Part shown: one piece after another, positions 1-8,538 of the stretch
Numbering within the stretch: the stretch's first letter is position 1
How the letters are laid out: every line of letters begins with the position of its first letter
Assembly (NCBI GenBank): GCA_037142195.1
Contig: JBAXBA010000039.1
Coordinates: forward strand, 1 to 30,339
DNA from: Pseudomonadota bacterium
GTDB taxonomy: Bacteria; Bdellovibrionota_B; Oligoflexia; Oligoflexales; CAIMVM01
DNA length: 30,339 nucleotides
Direction: 5' to 3'
Notes under the pieces: model-generated
What the model was told of the DNA's origin: nothing
Databases searched by the model: none
The model's input: only the letters and a program-made list of their open reading frames with translations
Made by a program: the position numbers and the translations under genes

Positions 1-1
1 A

Positions 2-163
2 TTGCGTCAATTTGGTCAAACCGTGATCGAACTGCTGGGCGCGAGGAAAATCCAATATTTTTTCACGTCGAAATCTCTATCGACTAAGATTACCCAAGCC
101 CATATTTTAGAAAAAGTGATGGGTTCTGACCATTGTCCGATTATTCTAGAGGTGAAAATTTGA
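2..163 (+). CDS. xth: 3' end of an exodeoxyribonuclease III / EEP-family gene (partial, 5' side abnormal)
   Basis: Frame 2 from the window edge reads ...YFFTSKSLSTKITQAHILEKVMGSDHCPIILEVKI*, containing the ExoIII C-terminal GSDHCP motif. The stop TGA at 161-163 overlaps the next start. Absent from the ORF track. Confidence 0.75.
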   Translation: MRQFGQTVIELLGARKIQYFFTSKSLSTKITQAHILEKVMGSDHCPIILEVKI

Positions 164-996
164 AACGCCCAAGTTTTCTTGTTAGGTTGTTGTCTTTAAG
201 TCTCTTATCAGGGGTCTTAACCTCGGCTTGCGGTAAAAAAGATGAGAAAGCACCTTCCTCGCAGCCCCCATCAGACATCGCCCCCAAAAGGGTCCTTTTA
301 AGCGGTTCTCCGGAAGTAGTCGTCATTACCTATAATGGCGCCCTTCGATGTACGGGAACGATTCTCGACCATGGTGTGGTCCTCACAGCAAGACATTGCT
401 TTGACAATGGGCTTGAGAAAAATATTGAAAATATTGAGATAAAGGTAGAGTCGTATCTTTCAAACCCGGAGCTTACCATAACCAAACTGTCTTCTTTGAG
501 CTTTGATAGCGGAGCCAACGATTTTGCTTGGATCACCTACGAAAAGGAACAGTCCTTGGGACGCAAAGATCTGCAAAAAATAGAACTCGACCGCGACCAC
601 ATTCCCACCGAAGGAGATCCACTCTCTCTGATCGGTTTCCCTGTTACGGACTCCGGCAAACTTCTTAAATTAGTTACAAGACCCTGCATCCGATTGAAAC
701 GCCAGGGAGAGATATTACCGCTTCCCAAAGACCCAGGGTATTTGGGGACCTTTTATGATACCAACTGCATCGCCTGGCGCGGCAACTCTGGTGGCCCGCT
801 TTTCTCCATGAAAACAGGAACTTCAGGTCTGGAAATTCATAAACTTGTGGGCATCGTAACCCACACCTTCGATGTTAGTGCCTCGGGATCTATCTTAGAA
901 ACAGCGCTTTCAAAAGATGAATTTGGAACCTATGTTAAGACCGTTAATTTTAGCTCTCTAACCGCCGCAAAAGATGTGGATCTTTATTTAAAATGA
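160..996 (+). CDS. Trypsin-like (S1) serine protease lipoprotein
   Basis: Catalytic motifs LTARHC (His), NDFAWI (Asp) and GNSGGP (Ser); lipobox LTSAC. TTG start at 160 with GAGGTG upstream and a TTGA overlap with the xth stop. Confidence 0.85.
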   Translation: MKRPSFLVRLLSLSLLSGVLTSACGKKDEKAPSSQPPSDIAPKRVLLSGSPEVVVITYNGALRCTGTILDHGVVLTARHCFDNGLEKNIENIEIKVESYLSNPELTITKLSSLSFDSGANDFAWITYEKEQSLGRKDLQKIELDRDHIPTEGDPLSLIGFPVTDSGKLLKLVTRPCIRLKRQGEILPLPKDPGYLGTFYDTNCIAWRGNSGGPLFSMKTGTSGLEIHKLVGIVTHTFDVSASGSILETALSKDEFGTYVKTVNFSSLTAAKDVDLYLK

Positions 997-1002
997 AAGA
1001 AA

Positions 1003-1029
1003 CCCTAGTAGAACAGACACCTACTAGGG
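1003..1029. terminator. Hairpin between convergent genes (probable bidirectional terminator)
   Basis: CCCTAGTAG / CTACTAGGG 9-bp stem, with an A-rich tract on the left that reads as a U-tract on the minus strand. Confidence 0.65.
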
Positions 1030-1060
1030 CTTAAAAGTTTCTTTCAGACTCTAAATTAGA

Positions 1061-1729
1061 CTATAAATTAAACATGGCGCCCACTAAGAGAGTGGTAGAT
1101 TTAAATTTATTTTCTGCTTTAGGAAAATTAATACCACCTGAGGTCTTTACTTCTGGTACAGAGAGCTCGTCATTTTGCATCTGGTACTCACCAGTGATTG
1201 CAAGAAGGGGAATAGGGGACCAAGCGAGTCCTAATCCCATGATCGATCCTGTGCCTTTCAATGCGGCATCAAAGGTCTGAGTCACGCCACCAACATCAAG
1301 AGTAGCCTTACCTTTCCACACATTCAAAGCATAGTTATATCTTAAAAAGGGCATTAAATCAGTAGCCGGGATAGAGACTCCGAATATGACGTCCGGTCCC
1401 ACAGAAAGACCTGAAATGTTATCTAAAGATGCGGAGGCGCCGACAGTAGTATCAGATCCTGTATAGGCGACCTTGGCTTTATCGTTTGAAGAAAACGTGG
1501 AAAGTCCAAGACCAACTCCTAGGGTAAACATCGGGATGGGCAATACATGAAAATGCGCCGACGCTTGCATGGTCTGACCTTCCAAGGAGGAATCACCGGC
1601 TCGAGAACTGTCTGGCGAAAAGGTACCAGTTCTGTTACCAATTCCAGCTTGAAGGTCAAGAATTGCAAACGCATTTTGGGACAATACCCAGGTGGCTGCG
1701 AGGGTAGTGATCTTTGCCAAATTTCTCAT
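1061..1729 (-). CDS. Outer-membrane beta-barrel protein
   Basis: Signal peptide MRNLAK...NAFA, amphipathic beta-strands, C-terminal strand LLVGAMFNL. GGAG RBS precedes ATG 1729, so the ORF-track start at 1792 is probably too long. Confidence 0.7.
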   Translation of the reverse strand: MRNLAKITTLAATWVLSQNAFAILDLQAGIGNRTGTFSPDSSRAGDSSLEGQTMQASAHFHVLPIPMFTLGVGLGLSTFSSNDKAKVAYTGSDTTVGASASLDNISGLSVGPDVIFGVSIPATDLMPFLRYNYALNVWKGKATLDVGGVTQTFDAALKGTGSIMGLGLAWSPIPLLAITGEYQMQNDELSVPEVKTSGGINFPKAENKFKSTTLLVGAMFNL

Positions 1730-1825
1730 TTTTAAACTCCAGGTTAATTGTAGGACTATTTTAAATCCATTCTTTGCAAACTCAAAACACATTTCACGGA
1801 TTCAGTATACTACCGCATTCCAAGA

Positions 1826-3151
1826 TTAGCCCGCTGTAACTGATATTCCATCTACCCAAATATTAGGGGCATAACCTGCAGTCGTAGCCTCACATGTTTT
1901 TCCCGTGAAAACTATATTTTGCAGAAGTGATAAAATATCTCCTGAAATAAGACCCGATTCGATGCTTCTTTTCTTACCATCGACCGCAATTTGGCCGTCA
2001 AAGGGAAGAGAAAAAGAACCTTGTAAACTTTGAATTCCGGCGTGGAGGGCGTGAAGTTCCTCAACATAGACAGCACCCTGCTCTTCAGCCCAATCTTGTT
2101 CCCGGGTTCCCGCTGGCACAGTTAAATAGTGATGGGAGGCAGAACTCCTAGGCCCAGAAATGGCATTGCCGGTAGTTTTTTTGCCAAAGGCGCGAGCTGT
2201 CTCTTCATTGTGAACTAAATTTCTTAAAACCCCTCCCTCAAAAATCGACATTTCCTCAGCCTTTACCCCTTCGTCATCGAACCAGACAGGGTTTAGGTGG
2301 AAAGGATGGCGGGGTGAATCTACCAAAGAAAAGGAAGTGCTTGCAAACGTAGCACCTATTTGATCCCTTTTTACTAAACTCTTTCCGTCCAAAATGAGGC
2401 GTGCATTCCAAATATTAGAAAAAGCACTAAGCAATGTTAAAAATGCTTTAGGGTGAAAACAGACTTGTCTCTTCCCTGTGCTTGCTGGAACGTAGTCGAG
2501 AACAAACTTTCCGCTGTTAATGGTATCCTGGACACATTTGTTAATTTTTAAATCCGCAAACGAAAGCGCTTGTTCATAGGAATAAGCTTTGCGCGCTTTT
2601 TTTCCTTCTGCTTCTGCCAAAAGGTAAAGATAAGCCCAGGCATTTTGAAATGACTCCTCACGCATAGAGCCTATAGAATTTAAATAGAAACGCTTTCCCG
2701 AGTATTCACCGATGCCATTATAGGGGATTTTTTTAAAGGCAGGATCTGCTTTCAACACCTCGCGTTCCATCTCTAATAGCTTTTGCGAAAGCTGCCTCAC
2801 ATCTGTTTCTGGGGCGAGTTTTCGCTCGGGGATCGCAAATTTTTCCGTCGAGTTCGCAGTGAGATGAGGCGAAGTGTCGGTCAACTTAAGTTCAGCGATG
2901 TCCTTGGCAAGTTTCAGGGCTTTAGATAGCCCGGGACCGCTTAAGTCACTGGAACTTATGTAACCAAAAGACTCCTTGGTCATGACTCTAAGTCCAAAGC
3001 TTAAAGCGTCGCGAGTTTGGATTTTATCGACTTTGCCTCCCATGACAGCTACCGACGTAGAGAGCGAAGAGCTTCCACTTAGGTCCCACTCAGAAATTCC
3101 TATTTTCTGAGCTTCTTTTGTCAAGTGTTCAAAAATTTCGTCCTTTTTCAT
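1826..3151 (-). CDS. pmbA: TldE/PmbA family protein
   Basis: FDDEG motif, KTTGNA, GSFSLP, no HExxxH. It follows tldD after a 3-nt gap, with a GGAGG RBS inside the tldD end. Confidence 0.9.
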   Translation of the reverse strand: MKKDEIFEHLTKEAQKIGISEWDLSGSSSLSTSVAVMGGKVDKIQTRDALSFGLRVMTKESFGYISSSDLSGPGLSKALKLAKDIAELKLTDTSPHLTANSTEKFAIPERKLAPETDVRQLSQKLLEMEREVLKADPAFKKIPYNGIGEYSGKRFYLNSIGSMREESFQNAWAYLYLLAEAEGKKARKAYSYEQALSFADLKINKCVQDTINSGKFVLDYVPASTGKRQVCFHPKAFLTLLSAFSNIWNARLILDGKSLVKRDQIGATFASTSFSLVDSPRHPFHLNPVWFDDEGVKAEEMSIFEGGVLRNLVHNEETARAFGKKTTGNAISGPRSSASHHYLTVPAGTREQDWAEEQGAVYVEELHALHAGIQSLQGSFSLPFDGQIAVDGKKRSIESGLISGDILSLLQNIVFTGKTCEATTAGYAPNIWVDGISVTAG

Positions 3152-3154
3152 GGG

Positions 3155-4615
3155 TTACCTCCCCCCTATTGTCAGGCGGTCAACCTTGATGTGAGGTTGG
3201 CCTACGGTAGTCCAAATGGTTCCACTAATGGATCCACAAGCGCCTGGCACCAGTTCAAGGTCGTTTGCGCACATGGAAATGCGTTCCAAAACTTCTTGCC
3301 CCTTGCCAATGGCCGTTGCCCCTTTTAAGGGTTTGGTTAATTTTCCTTTTTCAATAAGCCAAGCACTAGCAATGGCAAAATTAAAATCTCCTGTGGGTTC
3401 GACAGAACCCCCGCCTAGCTTCAAAGCATAGATGCCCTTGTCCACAGAACTGATCAAATCCTCTGGGGAATAGCTACCAGCTTGTATATAGGTGTTGCGC
3501 ATGCGACTTGTCGGCGCAAATCGATAGTCTTGTCTACGCCCGCTACCTGTTCTGGGATGCTGGGTTTCTAAGGAACCATTCCGATCGGCAAGAAAGTTCT
3601 TTAGAATTCCATTTTCAATCAAAAGAGTTCGCTGGGCCGGCATCCCTTCATCATCCATGCTGATGCTTCCGTATGCATTTTCAGTCAAGCCCTCATCCCA
3701 TGCTGTTACTGCTTGATGGGCAATTTTTTGACCTTTTAATTCGGTAAAAGGGGAGCTCTTTTTGCGTACTGAAGTTGTTTCCAGAAGATGCCCACAAGCT
3801 TCATGAAAGATCACCCCCCCAAAGCCATTCCCTAAAACAACCGGATACTCGCCACTTTCCACATAAGAGGCATGCAGCATTTCCGCACTGCGTTTAGCAA
3901 GCTGGTCAACCAATACATCGCTCTTTACATTTTGCAGGAAAGTAGGATCGGAAGTTCCACCAATAGACTCCCTTACATCACAGCGGTCGCCGTTTTCAAA
4001 GGCATAGGCATTCGCCATAACTTGCTGATTTAAGCGAATGTCACGGGCAAAGACGCCATCGGTCGACAGCACGAGTATATCTTGATGATCGATAAAGGCA
4101 GAAACCCCAGATGATTCGATAAACTTAACCTGTTTCCATAATTTTGAATCGATGTCGTGGATTCTCTCAGCCACTTCTTTGGTGCCAGGCAGCTTTTTCT
4201 CAAAGTCGAGTTTTTTATGCAGGGCCGCATAATCGTTTAAGGGGCCAAGATTGACTTCTGGAATTAAGCTGGAGTTTTTGGGAAGGTCTAAGCCTGCAAT
4301 CTCAAGGCAACGCTGTAAGAGCGAGTAGGCAGAGAAAAGCGAGAGTTCGCTTCCACAAACAAAGGCATCTTCTGTACCTCTTCGAATGCGAAGCCCTATC
4401 CCAGTCTCTAACATGGGATTAATCGCGGCAATTTTCTGATTTTGGCTTGATGCTCTAAAGGTACTTCGGCGTTCTAAAAAGAATTCCGCGAAATCAGCTC
4501 CCGCGGCTCGCGCTAAACCTAAAAGAATGCCGAAATCTCGACGCAGATCGTCATGAAACGATTCTATAATTTTGTGATCGAAGGAATTTTTTATGCCGCC
4601 CGCTAAATAAGTCAT
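3155..4615 (-). CDS. tldD: TldD metalloprotease subunit
   Basis: HEACGH zinc motif, DDEG, GSGRRQ, SRMRNTYI, CGS..G...VGQP. The start is placed at ATG 4615 (GGGG RBS) because a TATAAT box lies immediately before the alternative ATG 4639. Confidence 0.93.
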   Translation of the reverse strand: MTYLAGGIKNSFDHKIIESFHDDLRRDFGILLGLARAAGADFAEFFLERRSTFRASSQNQKIAAINPMLETGIGLRIRRGTEDAFVCGSELSLFSAYSLLQRCLEIAGLDLPKNSSLIPEVNLGPLNDYAALHKKLDFEKKLPGTKEVAERIHDIDSKLWKQVKFIESSGVSAFIDHQDILVLSTDGVFARDIRLNQQVMANAYAFENGDRCDVRESIGGTSDPTFLQNVKSDVLVDQLAKRSAEMLHASYVESGEYPVVLGNGFGGVIFHEACGHLLETTSVRKKSSPFTELKGQKIAHQAVTAWDEGLTENAYGSISMDDEGMPAQRTLLIENGILKNFLADRNGSLETQHPRTGSGRRQDYRFAPTSRMRNTYIQAGSYSPEDLISSVDKGIYALKLGGGSVEPTGDFNFAIASAWLIEKGKLTKPLKGATAIGKGQEVLERISMCANDLELVPGACGSISGTIWTTVGQPHIKVDRLTIGGR

Positions 4616-4644
4616 AGTACCCCAATTTGATAGCCTCATAATCC

Positions 4645-4674
4645 ATTATACTCCAATGGTATGAAGAATCTGAA
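4645..4674 (-). promoter_or_regulatory. Sigma70-like promoter of tldD-pmbA
   Basis: Minus strand TTCAGA-N18-TATAAT (perfect -10 at 4645-4650). Confidence 0.5.
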
Positions 4675-5215
4675 AGCTTCTAGGCCTGAGATTGGGAATA
4701 GCTAAGGGGGAAGAGCCTCACCTATAAAACTTTTTTTTGGAAAGGAACATCTCGCCTTTCTCCCGGGGCCTGGTAAGTAAGCTTTTGAGGCGATTTTACT
4801 CCCTTCAGAGTTTTGCGGGCAGAAATATCCAAGAAACCTATGAAAAAATGTTCTTTGAGACGAGGTAAGGCATTTAATTGAAGAGACTCCTCCTATTTTC
4901 TTTTCTATTTCCCAAGGGATTCTATTTGAAAAACGATCCTGAGCCTGTAAAGCCGTTCACCCTTAAAGGCAATTTGTTTACCTTGCGCCCCCAACGCATC
5001 TGATCCCAAACGAGAATCCTCAATTCTGGAATAATGTCCAGAAATACCCCAAACCCCATCTAGGGGGTATCGAAAAGAGCTCTATTGGCTTACAGGCTGC
5101 AAAGGTTAAGATACAGTAACTAAACGCCTTTTCGGTGAGATAAAAAATAGCTTTCGGACTCCGCGTGCCCCACCGATAACACCCGCGTTCTATTTCACTA
5201 TTAGGAGTCACCTCC

Positions 5216-6130
5216 ATGTCAAAAGCTCTCATTTTGTTGTTTCTAGCTCTAGGTGGGATCGCAGCATGCTCAAGGCCCGTTAATAAAGCTGTAGCCGTTC
5301 AGCCGGTTTGCAAAGGTTCTCAGACTCCTGCTGCGGACAATTGTCAAAGGGATCTGTCTGCACTCGGCTCCCCAGGTGAAGAAAGAACTCAAGTGTGTTC
5401 AGATGGAAGTCGCATACTGCAATCAAGGACTTGCCCAGCAGGTGATACTCGGACTGCAGCAGAAGTATGCGCCGCGAATCCTACTGCTGCAGGGTGTCCC
5501 GGCAGCACCTCCTTGGCTTGCACTCAGGCAGGACTGGCAAGTGGGGGCGATAACAATTCTTGTATATCTCTTCTGGTAGGCCCATGTGGTCAAAATAATC
5601 GAATTGAAGGAATGACGACCTACTGCAGCCCAGCCGGATACGTGTGTTCTCAAATGGATTCTAAAGTTAGCTGCGCAAGGTCGCAACCTCAAACGAACCC
5701 AGACGTTAACTGGGGAACGGTTGCCAACAAAATTGGAGAAGGCCTCGATGCTTGCCTCTCTGGAGCCAGTGCATCTAGTCTTTGTACCGCGCGCATTCCG
5801 GATAGAGACAAATCAGGAAAACTGATCTTTAGCAATGCAGACCAACTCGATAGTGCCCACGGGGACAAGTATCTCTTGATATCCCTAAATAAAAATACTC
5901 AAGGCATCTACTCCTTGTACCTGGATGCTCGCGATCGGGATGTGGCCAATATAAAAGTAAGATATTTGAAAGACACTGCTTTTAACGGCCTCAAAGGTCC
6001 CTCGATTAAGGCGGAAATACTTTGGGAAGTGAGAGGGCAGACATGTCACGGCAAAGAGACCGTCTTTACGCTGGAAAACAACTTAAAACCGAAACCTTTA
6101 AATGCCATTTGCGAGGGTACAACACGATGA
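5216..6130 (+). CDS. Cysteine-rich lipoprotein, unknown function
   Basis: Lipobox IAAC, 16 further Cys, AGGAG RBS. Confidence 0.75.
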   Translation: MSKALILLFLALGGIAACSRPVNKAVAVQPVCKGSQTPAADNCQRDLSALGSPGEERTQVCSDGSRILQSRTCPAGDTRTAAEVCAANPTAAGCPGSTSLACTQAGLASGGDNNSCISLLVGPCGQNNRIEGMTTYCSPAGYVCSQMDSKVSCARSQPQTNPDVNWGTVANKIGEGLDACLSGASASSLCTARIPDRDKSGKLIFSNADQLDSAHGDKYLLISLNKNTQGIYSLYLDARDRDVANIKVRYLKDTAFNGLKGPSIKAEILWEVRGQTCHGKETVFTLENNLKPKPLNAICEGTTR

Positions 6131-6996
6131 AAAAACTAAAACTGATGTTTATCTCACTTGCTTTTGTCAACTGCTCGGGTGCGAAAGACAGCGAAATCAA
6201 AGCCGGCTCGACTTCATCTTCTAATGCAAAACTGATTTTTGATGGAAAATCGGCCTATAAATTAGCCTATGGTGATAAAGAGATGGACGATGTAAAAGTC
6301 TCTTTTGTACCACAAGAAGAAACTCGTTCGATGCAAGTTAAAGATCTTAGCGATTCTGGAGCAACTGAGCTTTCGGAAAGTGATTATTTCCCAAGATTTA
6401 TCGTGACTGCCGAAAGCGGCACTTTGACTTGTACCTCTGGTGCTATTGCATTTATGGACAGTATGGAACTAGCTTGCAGCGATTCATCAGCTGCAACTAC
6501 GACGGATAATGCCGCTACAAATAGTGCCACTACAACTACAAAAAGCACAGAAACCGCGATTTGTGCGACGGGAAACAACCCATCTAACATTGATGGTGCA
6601 AAATATGAAATTGCTACTTCTGATGGCCAACTTCACGTAGGTTTGAGCGCTAAGCCTACTTCAAACGGTGGCGGAAATTTAAACAATCGCTATCTGAAGT
6701 TTAAAGATTCTGGTGGTATGTTTGCTGGTGGTTTTGTGGTCGGTGGTGTCAAAGTTACAGGCACTCTTGACGCCAGCAATATAGGGGATAACTATACAGT
6801 TTACTTCTCAACTGACAGTCAAAATGTCTCGTATAAAATTGGAACCTTCTCCAAAGTAGCAGCTGATGTGGTATCTGGTACAGGAAATGACACGATCTAC
6901 CGCGTGAATTTTGCGCCTAATGTCTGTGTCGCAAAATTCAAATCTGCCGCAGGTTTGCTGTCAAATGGGGCTGGATACATCATTGTATCAAAATAA
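6127..6996 (+). CDS. Lipoprotein with a Ser/Thr/Ala linker, unknown function
   Basis: MKKLKLMFISLAFVNC signal/lipobox. ATGA overlap with the upstream stop places the true start at 6127, not 6022. Confidence 0.75.
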   Translation: MKKLKLMFISLAFVNCSGAKDSEIKAGSTSSSNAKLIFDGKSAYKLAYGDKEMDDVKVSFVPQEETRSMQVKDLSDSGATELSESDYFPRFIVTAESGTLTCTSGAIAFMDSMELACSDSSAATTTDNAATNSATTTTKSTETAICATGNNPSNIDGAKYEIATSDGQLHVGLSAKPTSNGGGNLNNRYLKFKDSGGMFAGGFVVGGVKVTGTLDASNIGDNYTVYFSTDSQNVSYKIGTFSKVAADVVSGTGNDTIYRVNFAPNVCVAKFKSAAGLLSNGAGYIIVSK

Positions 6997-7044
6997 AGAT
7001 CTTCCGCGACTTGAGAGTGGAAATTTCAGCTGTTATCAAAAGCT

Positions 7045-8292
7045 TTAAAATAGCTGTGACTCGACTTGGATTTTTCCAGACAAAACCTCGGAACGAAGGG
7101 ATTTGGCTAATTGATTTTGAACTTCTATATTTAGGTCAGGGAACTGATGACTCGCTAAATGGAACTCGTTTTGAAGGGTCGTGTTAAATAATCCTGGATC
7201 ATCCGAACAAATCACAGTGTCTATTTTGTGCCGTAAAAAAGCTCCAAGGGTAGATTTTTGGGATCCAGATAGTCGGCTGGAGGAACTGGGGCAATGCTCA
7301 AAAGGAGTTTTCGCCTTTTTGACCAGCAATAGAACCTGTTCCTGGAGCTCGGAAAGCATTCTTTGCTCTTCAACTATCGCTTGGTCCTTGAGCTCGTAGT
7401 CCCAGGTAAGGCCGTGGGCTTTCATTCTCGATTGAATCCCCTGTAGGGTTTCATGAGACATGGTTTGAATTTGGGGCCTTAGCAGATTTTGCTCAAAGCT
7501 AAATCCCAAAACGGAGCCGTGACCGATGCGGTCTGCTCCCAGCATCGCTGCCTCTAGAACGCGAAGCATGCTGAGCCCAGCAGGTATACTTTCAAAGGTC
7601 TCCCCGACATGAACTAAAATAGCGAGGGCGAGATCCGGATTTTGAAAATTGTCTTCTTTAATTTGACTGAAAAAATCCTGTTTCTCTAAAATTTCATCAT
7701 TCTCTTCGAAGTATGAAAAATCAATGGCAGTAAAGAAAAGCGCTTTTTTAGCGTGCTTTTCCATCCAAAGCCTCAGCCATTGGTAATGGAGTGGGTACCA
7801 AGCTATCTCGCGGGGCAAAGTAAATGCCGCAGTGGCAGTAAACTGACCGCGATGCCTTTCATTCACTTTTTGTAAAAGCTGTGAAACAAGTTCGAAGTAG
7901 GCATACATGTCCACCTGACTCAGTCGTACCGGTACGGGAAACCTATATTCGACTTGCCTGAGCCCTTCTAGAGCGTGTCTTTCCATTGCAAACTCAAGCA
8001 GGTCAATGCTTTTGGGGCCAAGGTCACATAAGGCGATGATCAAGTTGAACTTGGCTTGAAACTGAGCAAAATTTAAAGGTGCTTTGCAGAGATAGAACCT
8101 AGAAAAATCCTCTAAGCTTGGGGAAGACAGCCATTTTTCCCAATCCGGTTTTTCTAAGAATGCGAGTTCATAGGTCTGTGCATACCAGTCCAGAGCCCCT
8201 TTGCGTTCTCGGCCGGTTTTGTGCAAGTAGTTCCACAGATCTTCTGGTTGAAGACAGCCGAAAGCATGGACATGGTGGTCATAAAGTAACAT
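7045..8292 (-). CDS. Adenosine deaminase-like amidohydrolase
   Basis: HxH (HHVHAFG), HVGE, ADRIGHG, CPSS and SDDPG motifs. Substrate cannot be determined. Confidence 0.8.
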   Translation of the reverse strand: MLLYDHHVHAFGCLQPEDLWNYLHKTGRERKGALDWYAQTYELAFLEKPDWEKWLSSPSLEDFSRFYLCKAPLNFAQFQAKFNLIIALCDLGPKSIDLLEFAMERHALEGLRQVEYRFPVPVRLSQVDMYAYFELVSQLLQKVNERHRGQFTATAAFTLPREIAWYPLHYQWLRLWMEKHAKKALFFTAIDFSYFEENDEILEKQDFFSQIKEDNFQNPDLALAILVHVGETFESIPAGLSMLRVLEAAMLGADRIGHGSVLGFSFEQNLLRPQIQTMSHETLQGIQSRMKAHGLTWDYELKDQAIVEEQRMLSELQEQVLLLVKKAKTPFEHCPSSSSRLSGSQKSTLGAFLRHKIDTVICSDDPGLFNTTLQNEFHLASHQFPDLNIEVQNQLAKSLRSEVLSGKIQVESQLF

Positions 8293-8538
8293 AGGCTGTC
8301 CTTAATCTGTTTACAAGCCGCCTGAAGTCTTTGAATTACCGCAATTAGTTTCTACTTGCATCCCTTTTCATTTGCCGCTAGAAGATAGGCGTCCTTTACC
8401 AGGGTCTATGATCCCGGCAAGAGGCAAAGTGATTTCACCTTTTAAGGGTTCCCTGTTTTTGGTTTTTAGTGGTCTCCGATGAGAATCGCTAATAGCTGAG
8501 AGGAAAGCGAATCCGGCAGCAGGCAAGGTCAAGTAAGT

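Noticed and set aside
4675..5215. Long intergenic region searched for a TldD/E-processed RiPP precursor
   Set aside because: Only short ORFs without leader/core character were found, and no YcaO or other modification enzymes are in the window.
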